Below, in pieces: positions 11,434 through 24,091 of a stretch of 64,000 nt of DNA (the stretch's first letter is position 1; every line of letters starts with the position of its first letter). Origin of the DNA: Podarcis erhardii (taxonomy: Eukaryota); the NCBI GenBank assembly GCA_964252035.1, contig OZ176213.1. The stretch is one strand, 5' to 3'. Below the pieces are notes generated by a model that saw only the letters and a program-made list of their open reading frames with translations, was not told the DNA's origin and ran no database searches. The translations under genes and the position numbers were made by a program.

Positions 11434-11730
11434 TACATGTTACATACAAGTGTATGGTGACCTTTCAATTAAATAAAAATAAATGAAAAGCCACTTCAGG
11501 AGGCAATTTAGGGTGGCTAAACTGCTGCCATGGGAAGAGTTAAGTGCACCTTTGGCTTCATTGTTCTCAGCTAGACCTTCTCAAAACAGTTTTTGGTTTT
11601 TTTTTTAAAGGCTGATGTGCTACTGTCTAGCCCTATGAACTTCAGGCATGTGGCCCAGGCCACCTAGCTACAAATTAAATGTCTAGTTGAATCGATATTT
11701 TTGGTGCTTAAGTTTCTTAAACAGTCATAC

Positions 11731-11937
11731 CATCGCCACTGGTTGTAAATCCACGGCCAAGAGGACAAAGTTTTTTAAAAGCTACAGTGCCCAGGAAGGG
11801 GCAGATCTCACAGTTGGGTCCCCATCCACGCCCGCCATCACAGCAGCATTCAGATTTGGTCACAGGGTTCCTGTTGCTTGATCCAATCTGGCACATGCTC
11901 TGTAAGACTTCAGTGAAGCAGTAGCCTTCTCTCTTGT
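11731..11937 (-). CDS. FBN1: FBN1 exon 57, TB7
   Basis: 207 nt; [69 protein letters not shown]; cag / gtatga. Confidence 0.95.
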
Positions 11938-12492
11938 CTGCAAAGCAAATGAACGTCTTTTGCAAAACGCTGACAAAGAGACTCTGATTTTGGGGAGCAG
12001 GAAAGAGGGAGACAGGGACTGAAGCAGGACTATAAGAGAAAGAAGGGCATACTTAGCCATATTTAGCAACTGTAACAGGGAGAATGAAAACCAGGCAGCA
12101 ATAAGAAAGAGGACATTAAGTCTGGAAGAAAGAAAGAAAAGTCATTGAGTGAAGAATCCAAAGAAGACACAAAGGAAGAAATAATCAGAGTTAGAATATT
12201 CCAAATAATTGTTAGGTAACAACAGAACAATTCAGTGTTTGATTACATAAAAACAGAAGCAGATTAATAGCTAGATTCACACAATTCTGGCCCTCCTAAA
12301 GTTATGTAGATAAATATTTGAAGTAATGTACCCAGTAGTTCCCTATAATGACAGCTGAACAGATAACACAGTAAATTTCAGCTGAATTTAACATGCTCAG
12401 TTAACAGATTTTGTGATAGTAGGAGAGTTCACTAGTAAGAGATAAAAAATACTGCTCTGACCCATTCCACTTTTCTCTGGCCCAACACCTAC

Positions 12493-12618
12493 CTATGCAT
12501 TCATTCTGAGCTTCGTTGACGGTGAAACCATCATGGCATTCACATTTGTAACTTCCTTGTGTGTTTACGCATCGTCCATGTTCACACAATCCAGGTTTGG
12601 TTTGACATTCATTCTCAT
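12493..12618 (-). CDS. FBN1: FBN1 exon 56, cbEGF36
   Basis: 126 nt; [42 protein letters not shown]; cag / gtaggt. Confidence 0.95.
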
Positions 12619-14734
12619 CTGTATATTTTTAAGGATATGCCACAAAATTATCACCATTAGTATTTCCACATCTACATGAAGATGCAGCTAGCTGTTAACT
12701 TGATTCGAAAGCAATATATATTTATAGGAATATTTTTAAAGCGCAACAAAAAAACCCCTGACTTCTCATTTAAACTATACTTACCATGAGTGTTCAAAAA
12801 TGGATCGAAATATACAATTACATTTGTTTCCTATGACTTTCCGCAGGACAATATGTATTGATGCTTTATTATCTTAGGGTCAAACCAGACGAATTATTGA
12901 CAATCTGTGGTCAGATCTCTTGTCTCTTTTAATTTATTTTAAAAGCAGATGGGTGGAGGCTGAACTGGATCAATCCAGTTGCAGGCCCAGATGTCGTGCT
13001 CCCCAGTTCCCCAACCCTCTGAAAATTAAAAGACAACTGAGGCCACAACTTTATTGAATACAGATGAAAGAGGTTTGGCTTGGGCATGGGGCAATCAAAA
13101 TACTTCTGGTCCATCTGCCAGAAGTGACGCATAGGTCAATCTGAGCAGGGGTCCCCAAGGCTTACATCAAATAGGGTGACCCCCACAGGGACCACTGTCT
13201 AGGGGAGCGTCATTGGCCATCGTCCCCAACTGGGTGTGAGGAAATGGCAACTCCCCCAGACCCCTTTAACAAGATACCCCCAGCATCTGGAGGCGCAGGC
13301 AGAGTACAACCTCGCCTCCATTCATGACAAGGATTGTCCCAATGCCCAACCCAGTTGTGACGATTCCCAGGAGGCAGGCAAAACCACCAAGCTGGAGCCA
13401 ATTTGCCTGGTGGACAAATTCCTACCCGGCCCCAAAATATGTCAACCACCGTAGCCACAGCAAGGTCATTTGGCCAGCAGCTTGAAACAAGGGAAGGTGG
13501 GTGGGGAACCTGACGAGGGAAAACAGGTAAGGGCTCCAGGTGCGGGCCTGGAGGAGGGGCCAGGGAGTGGACCTGAGGGAAGCCTTCCTGCTCTGTCAGC
13601 TCTGCCCCTTGGTCCAGCCTGTATTCAAGACTGCATCCCCATTTGCCAATCCTGAGTGCAGGCTAGGATCTGGCTCCTGACAGGTGGCGCAGGCTATGCC
13701 CACGCCTCCTATCCAGACAGGATGCTGATCCTGAGATCCCTCGCCGGGGCCTTGGAGGAGCCTGTGCTGTCCCGCAACACCACCGCACCAAGAGGGTGAG
13801 CGGACAACACACTACCATATTATTCAAAGAGATATAGTAGATTCAGCTGCAGACTTCCAGCACTTAATCTAGTTTTGCCCTTGGATGGCTAAGGATCTTA
13901 ACTTATTCTCTGGTGCCTTCATGGCACATTACAATACATATTTTCCCGTGGAAGTTCAGATCTTATGAGCTTTACTAGGCACTGCACTGTTGTGCTTTAT
14001 ATGCTTCTTTCCACACTGTAAGGACAATAAACTAAGCTAAGGGCTTATCCTACCCCTCCACTTTCCTTACTGCTTCCTCCCCAAGGAAAATCCAATCTTT
14101 AGTGCTGAATCGGAACAAATGGCAATTGGGTTTTCCACAGACTGCTGTTTGTTCTGATTTAGTGCTAAAGAGCAGATTTTTTGGAAGAAAGTGCAAATCC
14201 ACTGGGACCTGTGCCTAGAAAGCACATCGCAAGCCGAAAACCACTCAGGCCTATGCTTTTTGGCAGGAGACAAGCAGAAGTAAGGAAAAACCCTAAGGTT
14301 CATGCTAAATGACAGATCACTCACATGAGAGAGGAAGTGTCACCTAAGCTCTGGGTACACTTTTCAATTGTGATTTCTTGAGCGGCCTGCTACCCAAGTA
14401 TCAAAGGATGGTATAGCAAGGAACAAATCAGAAATATGAACCAAGCATACATAATATTTGCATTTATGAGGAATTATCCTCTGGAAATCATGTGCTGTAT
14501 TCCAGATGAAGTTAGTTGCTCTTAGGTCCCACTGAAATCACTGAGATAGGTAGTCATAACTTAAGTCCCATTGATTTAGTTAGTCTAACTATTTTAGCTT
14601 GGTTCTAATCCCTGTCTCTATATATCTAGACAGAAAAATATTTTCCGGAATCTATTATAGTTAAGTCATGTACATACATTAATCTGAAATCACCATCTGC
14701 CATTAGAATTTCTAGGAGATTCATCGTTACTTAC

Positions 14735-14866
14735 CCATGCAACCTTCACCATCTGGTCTGCGCTGAAATCCTGGCCCACATATGCACATGTATGTGCCTA
14801 TTAGGTTTTTGCAGATCATTTGCTTTGAATCACAGTCGTGAATTCCATTTTCGCACTCATTCTGAT
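14735..14866 (-). CDS. FBN1: FBN1 exon 55, cbEGF35
   Basis: 132 nt; [44 protein letters not shown]; cag / gtaagt. Confidence 0.95.
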
Positions 14867-15264
14867 CTGAAAGACATATGCATCGTTGGCAGAAGGTTGG
14901 TGAAAGATCAAAATAGCTCATTCTTACTTTTCAAAAAGCAAAAGTGTAAAAACAACCAGTGACTCTGTCTCTGTAACGTTTTGGGAAGAAGTGTGTACAT
15001 CAGAAAAAAGCAGATAATCTGTGTTCAAGCTCTGTGTTATCATTTTTATGCTGCTGATTCTAAATAGAGGTAGTTACACTCCTCTGTTTAGATCAGATTT
15101 ATTTGTGGGATGTGGCCATCTCAAAGACACTCTCATAATATTTGTTTATCAGTGGTACTAATGATTCAGGTTTTTTGACAACAGGGAGGGGGAGAAATAT
15201 GTACACCACACTGAGCTTCTTGGAGGAAAACTGGGATATAAACTAAATGTATGTATGTATGTAT

Positions 15265-15634
15265 GGGGACGCGGGTGGCGCTGTGGGTAAAACCTCAGCG
15301 CCTAGGGCTTGCCGATCACATGGTCGGCGGTTCGAATCCCCGCGGCGGGGTGAGCTCCCATCTTTCGGTCCCAGCTCCTGCCCACCTAGCAGTTCGAAAG
15401 CACCATTAAGTGCAAGTAGTTAAATAGGTACCGCTTTCTAGCGGGAAGGTAAACGGCGTTTCTGTGTGCTGCGCTGGTGCTGGCTCGCCAGAGCAGCTTC
15501 GTCACGCTGGCCACGTGACCCGGAAGTGTCTGTGGACAGCGCTGGCCCCCGGCCTCTTAAGTGAGATGGGCGCGCAACCCCAGAGTCGGACACGACTGGC
15601 CCGTACGGGCAGGGGTACCTTTACCTTTACCTTT
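15265..15634 (+). mobile_element. Sauria SINE, full length
   Basis: GGGACGCGGGTGGCGCTGTGG head with B-box GGTTCGAATCC; BovB-related 3' part; (ACCTTT)n tail; flanked by (TATG)n on both sides. Confidence 0.92.
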
Positions 15635-15661
15635 TATGTATGTATGTATGTATGTATGTAT

Positions 15662-15837
15662 GTATCACACACACTAAGAGGAGAAGAAGTGAACAAGTGT
15701 GCATGCACACGAAGAAGTGTGCATGCACACGAAAGCTCATACCTAGAACTAACTTAGTTGGTCTTTAAGGTGCTACTGGAAGGAATTTTTTTATTTTGTT
15801 TTGACTATGGCAGACCAACACGGCTACCTATCTGTAA
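15662..15837 (+). mobile_element. Penelope-like element terminal-repeat fragment with a decayed hammerhead motif
   Basis: GAAGAAGTGTGCATGCACACGAAAGCTCATAC followed by GGTCTTTAAGGTGCTACTGG...GACCAACACGGCTACC, which I recognise as reptile PLE pLTR sequence. Confidence 0.7.
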
Positions 15838-15896
15838 GCAAGAGGAGACTTTGACTGACAGTATTGTATAATTAACAGAATTTCCAGGAATCCTAC

Positions 15897-16019
15897 CTTT
15901 GCACATTCGCTTGTCTTCTCTGAGGACGTAACCTGCAGGGCATTTGCATTCATATGATCCAAACGTGTTCACACATCGGAAGGCACAAAGAAGAGGATTC
16001 TGGGCACATTCGTTTACAT
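15897..16019 (-). CDS. FBN1: FBN1 exon 54, cbEGF34
   Basis: 123 nt; [41 protein letters not shown]; cag / gtagga. Confidence 0.95.
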
Positions 16020-16376
16020 CTGTATAAACAAACATAAAAACCAGGTACAAAATAAACAATTTTTTTTTAAAAAAAGCACCTAAAAGTGGCTTTACTCCTT
16101 TATGCCTACTCTCCTGCAATTAAGAAACAAAACAGATTTTAATGTTTCTACCAAGGGACCTTAAGGGCTCCCCCTCTTCTTAATCCTTTTCAGAAAAGAA
16201 TGGATTTGGGCTCATGCTGTACCTTTCTCCTGGCTCAATGTGCCCTTCAACCATCTAGGGCACCCGGTAAGTTTTCAAACTTGCAAGGTATTGATGCTAC
16301 TCATTTTTGTTTTTTTTTCTGCATCTCTGCTTTCTTAAGATTGTCTTTGCCCAAACATTATATCTATCCTCACTCA

Positions 16377-16378
<2 letters not shown>

Positions 16379-16456
<78 letters not shown>
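16379..16456. repeat. Compound (TC)n(AC)n microsatellite
   Basis: Direct reading. Confidence 0.95.
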
Positions 16457-16458
<2 letters not shown>

Positions 16459-17256
16459 CTATGGTCATAGGACATCACACATCACAATTTGAAAACTTAT
16501 TAAGTCTAGCACCTTATTTTTCTAGAAAAAAGCACCGCATATTAGCTTTTGTACTGGGATTGTCAGTTGGTGCAAGATTTCTGAGATTTAATTTTGACAG
16601 AAATGACAAATATGACTAAAGAAACTATTGCTTGTTGTCCAAAATTATTGCTACTGAATATTTTTTATGATACCAATGTAAATATATTGTCAAAAGAATT
16701 GGTCCTATATATGATCTTGGTTCTACTCAGAGTAGGACAAGTGCTGGATACAACCTCAAGTCATTTCCCCAAGGTGTTATTCTATGCCTCAGAAGATAAA
16801 CCAAGATTTTGCATACTCATGGAAATCAGGTTCCTGGAAGTTTCATATCCAAACTGGGATACTGATGTAAGCATGCATGTTACAACATCCCAGATACAAG
16901 GAGCCTTGAGAGATGGCATTTCCAGGGTGACTGATGTTCCTGAGTACTCATGAATGCTGCAAAGCTGTATGTCTCAGAGTCCCTGCACAAAGGCCCCAAT
17001 TGCCACTGAAAAGTTTAGTTAGGGGTAAAAGGAAGAGACTGATGGGAGCTTGCGAGTGTGTTTGGGTGATAACAGAGGATGTTTGGGGCTCATTATGCTG
17101 AGATGTCATCAGAAAGGCAATTGAGTTGCTGAATTTTGGAACTGGGCTCGGGGTGGGGGGAAGAAGCTATTAACTGAGTCCAAATCCCAATCAAGCTCCT
17201 CAGAGTATGCCTATTAGTACCATTAAGGACTAAAACACTTCTCAACACTGGCTCTG

Positions 17257-17542
17257 GCCTGGTGGAATGCTCTGTCTCTTGAGACCAGGGCCCTGCGGGA
17301 TCTGATCTCTTTCCGCAGGGCCTGTAAGACAGAGTTGTTCCACCTGGCCTTTGGCTTGGAGCCAATTTGATTCCCTCCCCCTTTCTTTTTTCTTTTTCCT
17401 TTCTCCTCCTGTGATGAGGCTGCATTTTAATATTTTAATGCTGTATTTTAATCTTGTTTTTAAGTTGTATTTATTCAACTTGTTTTTATGATTGGTTGTT
17501 AGCCGCCCTGAGCCTGGTCTTGGCTGGGGAGGGCGGGGTATA

Positions 17543-17584
<42 letters not shown>
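17257..17584 (+). mobile_element. L2 LINE 3' end with (AAT)n tail
   Basis: CCTGGTGGAATGCTCTG...CAGGGCCCTGC; GTTAGCCGCCCTGAGCC...GGGCGGGGTATAAAT(AAT)n. Confidence 0.85.
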
Positions 17585-17586
<2 letters not shown>

Positions 17587-17853
17587 TGAAGAAATCCTAA
17601 CACTCAGCTTGCACCTTTTCCTCTTTCCTCCTTTCAACTCATGAATCTGCTGTCTTTATTTCATTCTAAACTCAAGCAGCCATGGCTTTGCCCTATGCCT
17701 AGAACAAAATATTGGACTTACTCACTACTTGGTTATCTCACTCCTTCTCACTAATGAGAACAACAGCCTACTGAAAATCATGGATGTCAGGACTGAGCAT
17801 GCCTTCTGAAGAAGCCCACTCAGTCCTTTCTGGAAGGAGTCAGTGGCACTCAC

Positions 17854-17973
17854 CTTCGCATGTCACCATCGGTCCTGGCTCAAACCCTTCCTCGCAAGAA
17901 CATTCGAAACTTCCAATAATATTCGTACAAGTTCCGTTTCCACATGGGTTTCCTACAGAGCATTCATCAGCAT
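17854..17973 (-). CDS. FBN1: FBN1 exon 53, cbEGF33
   Basis: 120 nt; [40 protein letters not shown]; cag / gtgagt. Confidence 0.95.
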
Positions 17974-18389
17974 CTGGAAACATGAAAAACAAATGCACAG
18001 TATGTCATAAAATAGTCTGAAGCCTGCAACTCCAGCAACCTGCCAGATTTTGAGACTCACAGAGGACAGGATTCAATTAAGTTGTTACGCATGCAGAACT
18101 GGGTCTGCTGATGCAAGGAAACTTCTCTACTTCTCCTCCCCACTGTGTTGTCCCCTAAATCTGCTCTGGAGGGTTAGGAGGAAACTCAGAAAATATTGAG
18201 GGGAGTTTGTGAGGACAAGAAGAGGGAAAAGTCCTGATGCACAAGTGGACCTCATTTCCCGCAAGCACACCCCTACCCAAATATTCATTTGAGAACAGCA
18301 AAAGGCATTTTACATTGGCTTTACTTATACTTGTGACCTGGCAGCTTAGGAATTCCAACAGCAGAATAAATACTTGTGCCATGACTTAC

Positions 18390-18506
18390 CTATGCATTCA
18401 GTTCCTTGAAGGTTGTAACCAAATGGGCACTCGCAGCGGTAGGAGCCATCTGTGTTGATACACTGCCCATTCTTACATCTATCTGGATCCTTACACTCAT
18501 CCGCAT
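18390..18506 (-). CDS. FBN1: FBN1 exon 52, cbEGF32
   Basis: 117 nt; [39 protein letters not shown]; ggggctaag acceptor / gtaagt. Confidence 0.93.
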   Translation of the reverse strand: MRMSVRIQIDVRMGSVSTQMAPTAASAHLVTTFKELNA

Positions 18507-19695
18507 CTTAGCCCCAAAATTAACCAAGCAGAAAAGGGAAAGAAAAGTTTACTGATGAATCCTGTGCGGAATTGCATTCTGTTGTTAATAAATGCAAGGC
18601 GAGGAGTGGTTGATTTATCGTCCATAAATACAAGATGAAAAGATAGGTGCTTCTGCACTGTACATAGTTCACAGTTATGGACAGAGTGGCAAGAACATTT
18701 GACTCTTAACGTATGTAAACAATTTTTCTTTCTCTTATAAATTAAATACAGGCAAACACATCACAAATTATTTAACGGTTTTTACTGTGAACAACCACCA
18801 CCACCTTCTTGCACACAAATTAGCCAACTTCAAACCACCATTGGTTATGTGGCACAATATCAGTGAACATCAACTTCTATAATGCTTCTTTTATGCTGCA
18901 ATCCCATGTACTCTTCCCTGGAAGTAAGTTACACTGACTGCAGTGGGGCTTACTCCAGAATTTTACAGTACTGTAAATTTATGTCCCTTTCCCTCCTTCT
19001 TTCAGGTATCTTGTCTATCCATTTTCTTCTCTTCTCCCTCCTCCTTCAGGTCTTCGTACAGTTCCTTCTCTTTTGTGCTCTTGCTCTCCTCCTCCAACTG
19101 TGCTCCCCTCCCCCAAGTTCCCTCAACTTTCTGTTCCCCCTGCTGTTCCCCATGAGTCATTGTCTAGGTTGTAACACCCCTGGGGCAGGGACCCTACAAA
19201 GTGCCAGGCATAGGAACAGAGCTATATAAATAGTGGGGTGCCATCCTATAACCAGTAGCAGCTGGTGGGGCAGCACAAGTGGTGTCTCAGTGCTGTATGC
19301 CAAGGAGGCAATTTCCCCCCTGGCATTTGCTTGAAGTTCATTTCTCTCTTTTTTGAGGAGGGAATCTTTAGGGGTATCTTTTTAGAGCTGCTGTTGTCAC
19401 AGAGAGGAGAAAAGAACCGAGCAGAGACTTGCTCACTCCATGCTCTCATGACATTGTGCAGAGTATCAAACGTTTCCTCTGGCAGAGAAAGGCCAGGAAA
19501 ACCAGCTCCAAAAAAGTTCACTGAGATTGCTTTGAGCTTTGCAGAAACTGCATCTTGACCCAGAAGGAAATATATTTTGAAAAATAAATAGAACTGCAAA
19601 GAGCAGAGATTTTATCTGACAAAAAGGGACATTTTCAAACAAGGCAGAGAGAAAACCTCTCAAATGCAATAATACTCCAAGCACTAATTACTTAC

Positions 19696-19761
19696 CAATT
19701 GGTTCGCCAAGAGGGCCAACCAGCATGCCGGTTCCGAATGGGCAAATCTGACGATAAGCTT
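19696..19761 (-). CDS. FBN1: FBN1 exon 51, TB6 second part
   Basis: 66 nt; EAYRQICPFGTGMLVGPLGEPI; cag / gtaagt. Confidence 0.92.
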
Positions 19762-20761
19762 CTGTAAGTCAAATCAGAAGAACAAACCTGCTTAATCTGG
19801 CAACTTTTATTTGTCATCTGATACATTAAAATGTTCATAACCTTGATGAAAATCTTCTAAAGCAGGGAATTGGGAAGGCTTCCCTCCCTGCCCCCCCCCG
19901 CCCCCGCCCCCTGAGGGCTGAATTCCCTCAGGGGCAAATGTCCTACATCAAAGGTGGTAAATTTGATCTGGCCAGCATGGATCCTTCCCTGGGCCATATT
20001 TGACATCAGGTGACAGCTAGGAAGGAACACTGGCAGCATGCCTATCAATTAATTGGCACTAAGAGAACACTGTCCAAGGTTCTTCTGTAACTTCCAAACA
20101 GGTGACAACAGGTGCAGGGGAGGTGGACAATTGTTTGGGGGAGGAAATTCCCAGACAAGTGGTGCAGAGAGCAAGACCAGACTCACATCTTGTGAAATTA
20201 ATCAGGAGGCCCTATATAGCCCACAGGCCACAGGCTGCTCGCCATTGTTCAGAAGAACTGGATCCAAAGATCCACAAATGTAAGAAAAACATTCTGTAAA
20301 TTGTCTACATAACAGTTTATGCAGCGCTATAACAGAATGGCTCTGTGACAGGTCTCATGCTTTCACTTGAGCAAGCAGACAACCACCTTTGACTTAACTT
20401 TTGTTTTTCTTACACAATGCTCTACTGTGAGGTATAAAAAACAGATTTCACTGAGTGAAAGTGCCTACCACATATGGAAGGGCATGTCTGGATTTAAGCC
20501 ACTATGTGAGGAGGCCCTAACTGTGTCTTTCTATGCATTCCAGAGGCACTGCCTATATCCAGATAGGAAAGGGAAAGCTGTTCTGCTAGTAAATGAGCTG
20601 TAGATATGAATTCAATGTTATCTTGTACCTAAAGACGAGGTAACAACTTTACAAATGTCTCCTATCTCCATTGCTATTCCATGTTTCTATTGGGATCGTT
20701 CATTTCTAATTTCTCTTATGAGTAGGGATTGCAACAACCATTGAGAAATGTTTATATATAC

Positions 20762-20911
20762 CTTCTCCATCACCTGGACACAGTTCACATGGGTCACCCC
20801 ACCCTTCTCCATTCATATTGCAGCAACACTCTTGCTTGGAATGGTTTCTGGATTTAGGAGCTGAACATTTCCCATCTTCAAATTTAGTAAAGCAGAAGCT
20901 TACTCTCAAAT
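20762..20911 (-). CDS. FBN1: FBN1 exon 50, TB6 first part
   Basis: 150 nt; [50 protein letters not shown]; tag / gtatat. Confidence 0.94.
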
Positions 20912-21866
20912 CTAAACAAATAAAAACATAGTATATATTAAGGTGTTGTTTTTTTAAAAAAAACAACAACAACAAAAAAAACACCAAACCAGTTGAAGGT
21001 ACTCAAAAAAGCCAGGCAAGTTGTTGATGAACACATAAAGTTTTGATCAATACATAAGGTGGTGATCTTGGTACTATTGTGCACATACTATGTTTCTATG
21101 GTATTTATCTGACAGTCTTCTGTTCTCATGATACCATACAGGAAATATATGGTAACACTTTAATATAACTGAATTATCTATACTTACTGCTTGCAGTTAC
21201 AGTACCTATTAATTAATGAAGTATATACCTCTGATTCCGTATTTGAGCAGAAAACAAGATGTGTGCATGGCCTAAGGGCATCGACTGACTAAATATTATT
21301 TATTCTTTATTATTTAGCATCTTTTCACTTGTACATAATTTATGATAAAATGGTATAAAAAGGCAAACAACGAATAGTGCTAAATCAATGAAAATAATTA
21401 TCTGAAAAAGCATACTGTAAATATTAATTCCAAGATATGATGAAGGAACACCATTTAATTACATAGTCAATCAACAAATCTTAGCCAGTATTTTCTGGTT
21501 CTCATTAAGCAAACGAGTTGTACTCTTTTTTTTCTTTTTTTGCAGCATTCCAGAATTTTAACAATCCATCTCCAACAGCTGGAACAGTATGAAGTTTCCA
21601 ATTAAAAGCTGGTTCTAATTTTGCTTTAGTGACTGACATACCTGAAAGGTCCTTTCAACTGGAACATTCAACACACCAGACCAAACAGGAGAGAACTGCA
21701 GTATAAAATACTTTATATAAAGTAGAATCACAGTTTTACTTCTTGGGGCAGGCTATGTCCCTGGTCACCACGATGACTACAAATTTCCTCAAGGCAAACA
21801 AGGAGGGGAGTTGGAGTTTTTTAAATTGTAAGAGAAGTGTTTCTTCTTTTTCAGGCTTTCAATGTA

Positions 21867-22117
21867 CAGTCGTACCTTGGTTCTCAAATGGAATCCATTC
21901 CAGAAGTCCCTTCGTCTTCCGGAAAACTTCAAAAACCAAGGCACGGCTTCAGATTGGCTGCAGGAGCTTCCTGCAGCCAATCGGAAGCCACAGAAGCCGC
22001 GTCGGACATTCGGCTTCCAAAAGATGTTCGCAAACTGGAACACTCACTTCCGGATTTGCAGCGTTCGAGAGCCAAAACGGACGAGTACCAAGGCGTTCAA
22101 GAACCAAGGTACAACTG
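21867..22117. mobile_element. Tigger/pogo-like MITE
   Basis: TIRs CAGTCGTACCTTGGTTCTC / AAGAACCAAGGTACAACTG; TA TSD. Confidence 0.85.
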
Positions 22118-22483
22118 TACTACTAAGGAGGCTCAATGAACATTCCCACTTTGCCAAAGTCCCAAAATATGGAAACAGGGTCCATAACAAGGGTGCTGGA
22201 ACCAGACGGAAGGCTGAATAAGAAGAGGAACCATTGGGAGACAACAGCCCTGATGTGGAAGTGGCCAGTTCCTTTAAGCCAGAAGAGAAGCCTCTTCATG
22301 AGCAACAGCCTGTCTGTGACTAAAGGATTATTCACTAGCATATCAAGAGAGGCAGAAAGAAGGTGTTATTGGATATAAATAACAGAGGATGGGAAATATA
22401 TTCTGTAGCTCTCATTGGACAGGGAGAAGCGGCAGGGTCCAAGTAACTCCATTCCTCTTGGCTAAGGCACAGCAGACCATAGC

Positions 22484-22516
<33 letters not shown>

Positions 22517-23849
22517 TGGGGGGGACGTATTTGCAGAACTGACTTATGGAACACAAAAGGCAGGCACACGAAAGCATCCATCTATATCTCTTATTTAATT
22601 CCTTGCTATTTGTTTAATTTGTTCTCAGCCTATTCCCAGAACAATGGGTTTTTTTTAACCAAAGATCAGATCAAAGAAACCCAGAAAAAGAATATTGAAG
22701 TGGTCATTCTTAGACCTGTCCCTTTCTCCTTTCAGATGTGTTTGGACAACTGCCTGGCGTTCAGAAAAAGCATTATTGGTTTTGTATCACCACACTGTGT
22801 TATTCCAGCCGAGTAATCTAAGCTCTGGAGCAGAACGGAAACCGCAAGCATCTAACAGACAGACAGCTGGCAGCTTCTCTTGCTGGCAAAGGAACAGTCT
22901 GAGTGTCAGCTGCAAAACCAGCTGCTCACCCAGTTTTGCTGGATTCACAGGAGCAACATCCCAGGATTTATAAAAAATATTTCAATAATGAAGGAAGAAA
23001 ACCTCCATGACTATTTATCCTGAGACAATCAGCCACAATTATGTATTTAAAATTAACTAATGATTTTCCTGTTTAACAAAATAATTATCAGTACTGCAAA
23101 GTGGCTTTTTTCAAGATACTGAAGGAAGTGTAAGGTAATTTAAAATTTAATAAACAAAGACTACCACTCATTTTCTCTCTCTCTCCACACACACACACCT
23201 TTAAATTGGGTGAGTATTGCTTTTGTTTGTTACTATGTTATGTATTTTTGTGTTTTTATATTGTAAACTGCCCTGTGATTCTTGGATGAAGGGAGGTATA
23301 GAAATTTAATAAATAACAGAAATAAATTAATTAAAAGGCCATTCCATTTCCTAACCCAGGAACATACTACAGCCAAATATTTGCTAGCAATAATAAATCA
23401 ATTAAAGGTAATTTGTACATCTATTGCAATCCCTTTGCTCTCTTAAGTTCAGAGGCAGAGACAATAACAAATTGGGGGCAGGGTGTCACTAGAACTTTAA
23501 AAAAAAAATGCATGCAGCTAGTGTCAAAAATGGACCACAAAATTTTTAAGAACTTTATAGACTGTGTAAAGAACTGGATATTGAGGCAGGGGGTGGAAGC
23601 AGGGGGTTTCAGATGGGCTGGCCACTTTTAAAAATGCTCTTTGAACAAAACAAAATTATCCATTTTAGAAGGCTCAAGGTAGAAAACATTCCTCATCAAC
23701 TTGGATTAAAATATATCCATACTTAGTTTAGAAAAGAATATGTCTCAAAGGGGCAAAATGGAAGAAATTGTCCCTGTAGCAGCGATGGGTCTTTGTGGTT
23801 ATTTATTGTTATTTTTGACTACTACAGCTAATGAAGACTGGAACTACTA

Positions 23850-24091
23850 CAGTGGTACCTCGGGTTGCATACGCTTCAGGTTACATACGCTTCAGGTTAT
23901 AGACTCTGCTAACCCAGAAATAGTGCTTCAGGTTAAGAACTTTGCTTCAGGATGAGAACAGAAATCGTGCTCCGGCGGCACGGCAGCAGCAGGAGGCCCC
24001 ATTAGCTAAAATGGTGCTTCAGGTTAAGAACAGTTTCAGGTTAAGAACAGACCTCCGGAACGAATTAAGCACTTAACCCGAGGTACCACTG
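23850..24091. mobile_element. Tigger/pogo-like MITE
   Basis: TIRs CAGTGGTACCTCGGGTT / AACCCGAGGTACCACTG; internal CTTCAGGTTA repeats. Confidence 0.85.

Noticed and set aside
14862-14869. Tandem acceptor CAG-ATCAG at exon 55
   Set aside because: The downstream AG would shift the frame by 5 nt; the upstream AG gives the expected 132 nt.
14867-15896. Equivalent of the recalled human 105-nt cryptic exon 54A
   Set aside because: The one donor I traced (AAA|GTAAGA near 14927) pairs with an acceptor giving 132 nt, not 105; most of the intron is lineage-specific repeat.
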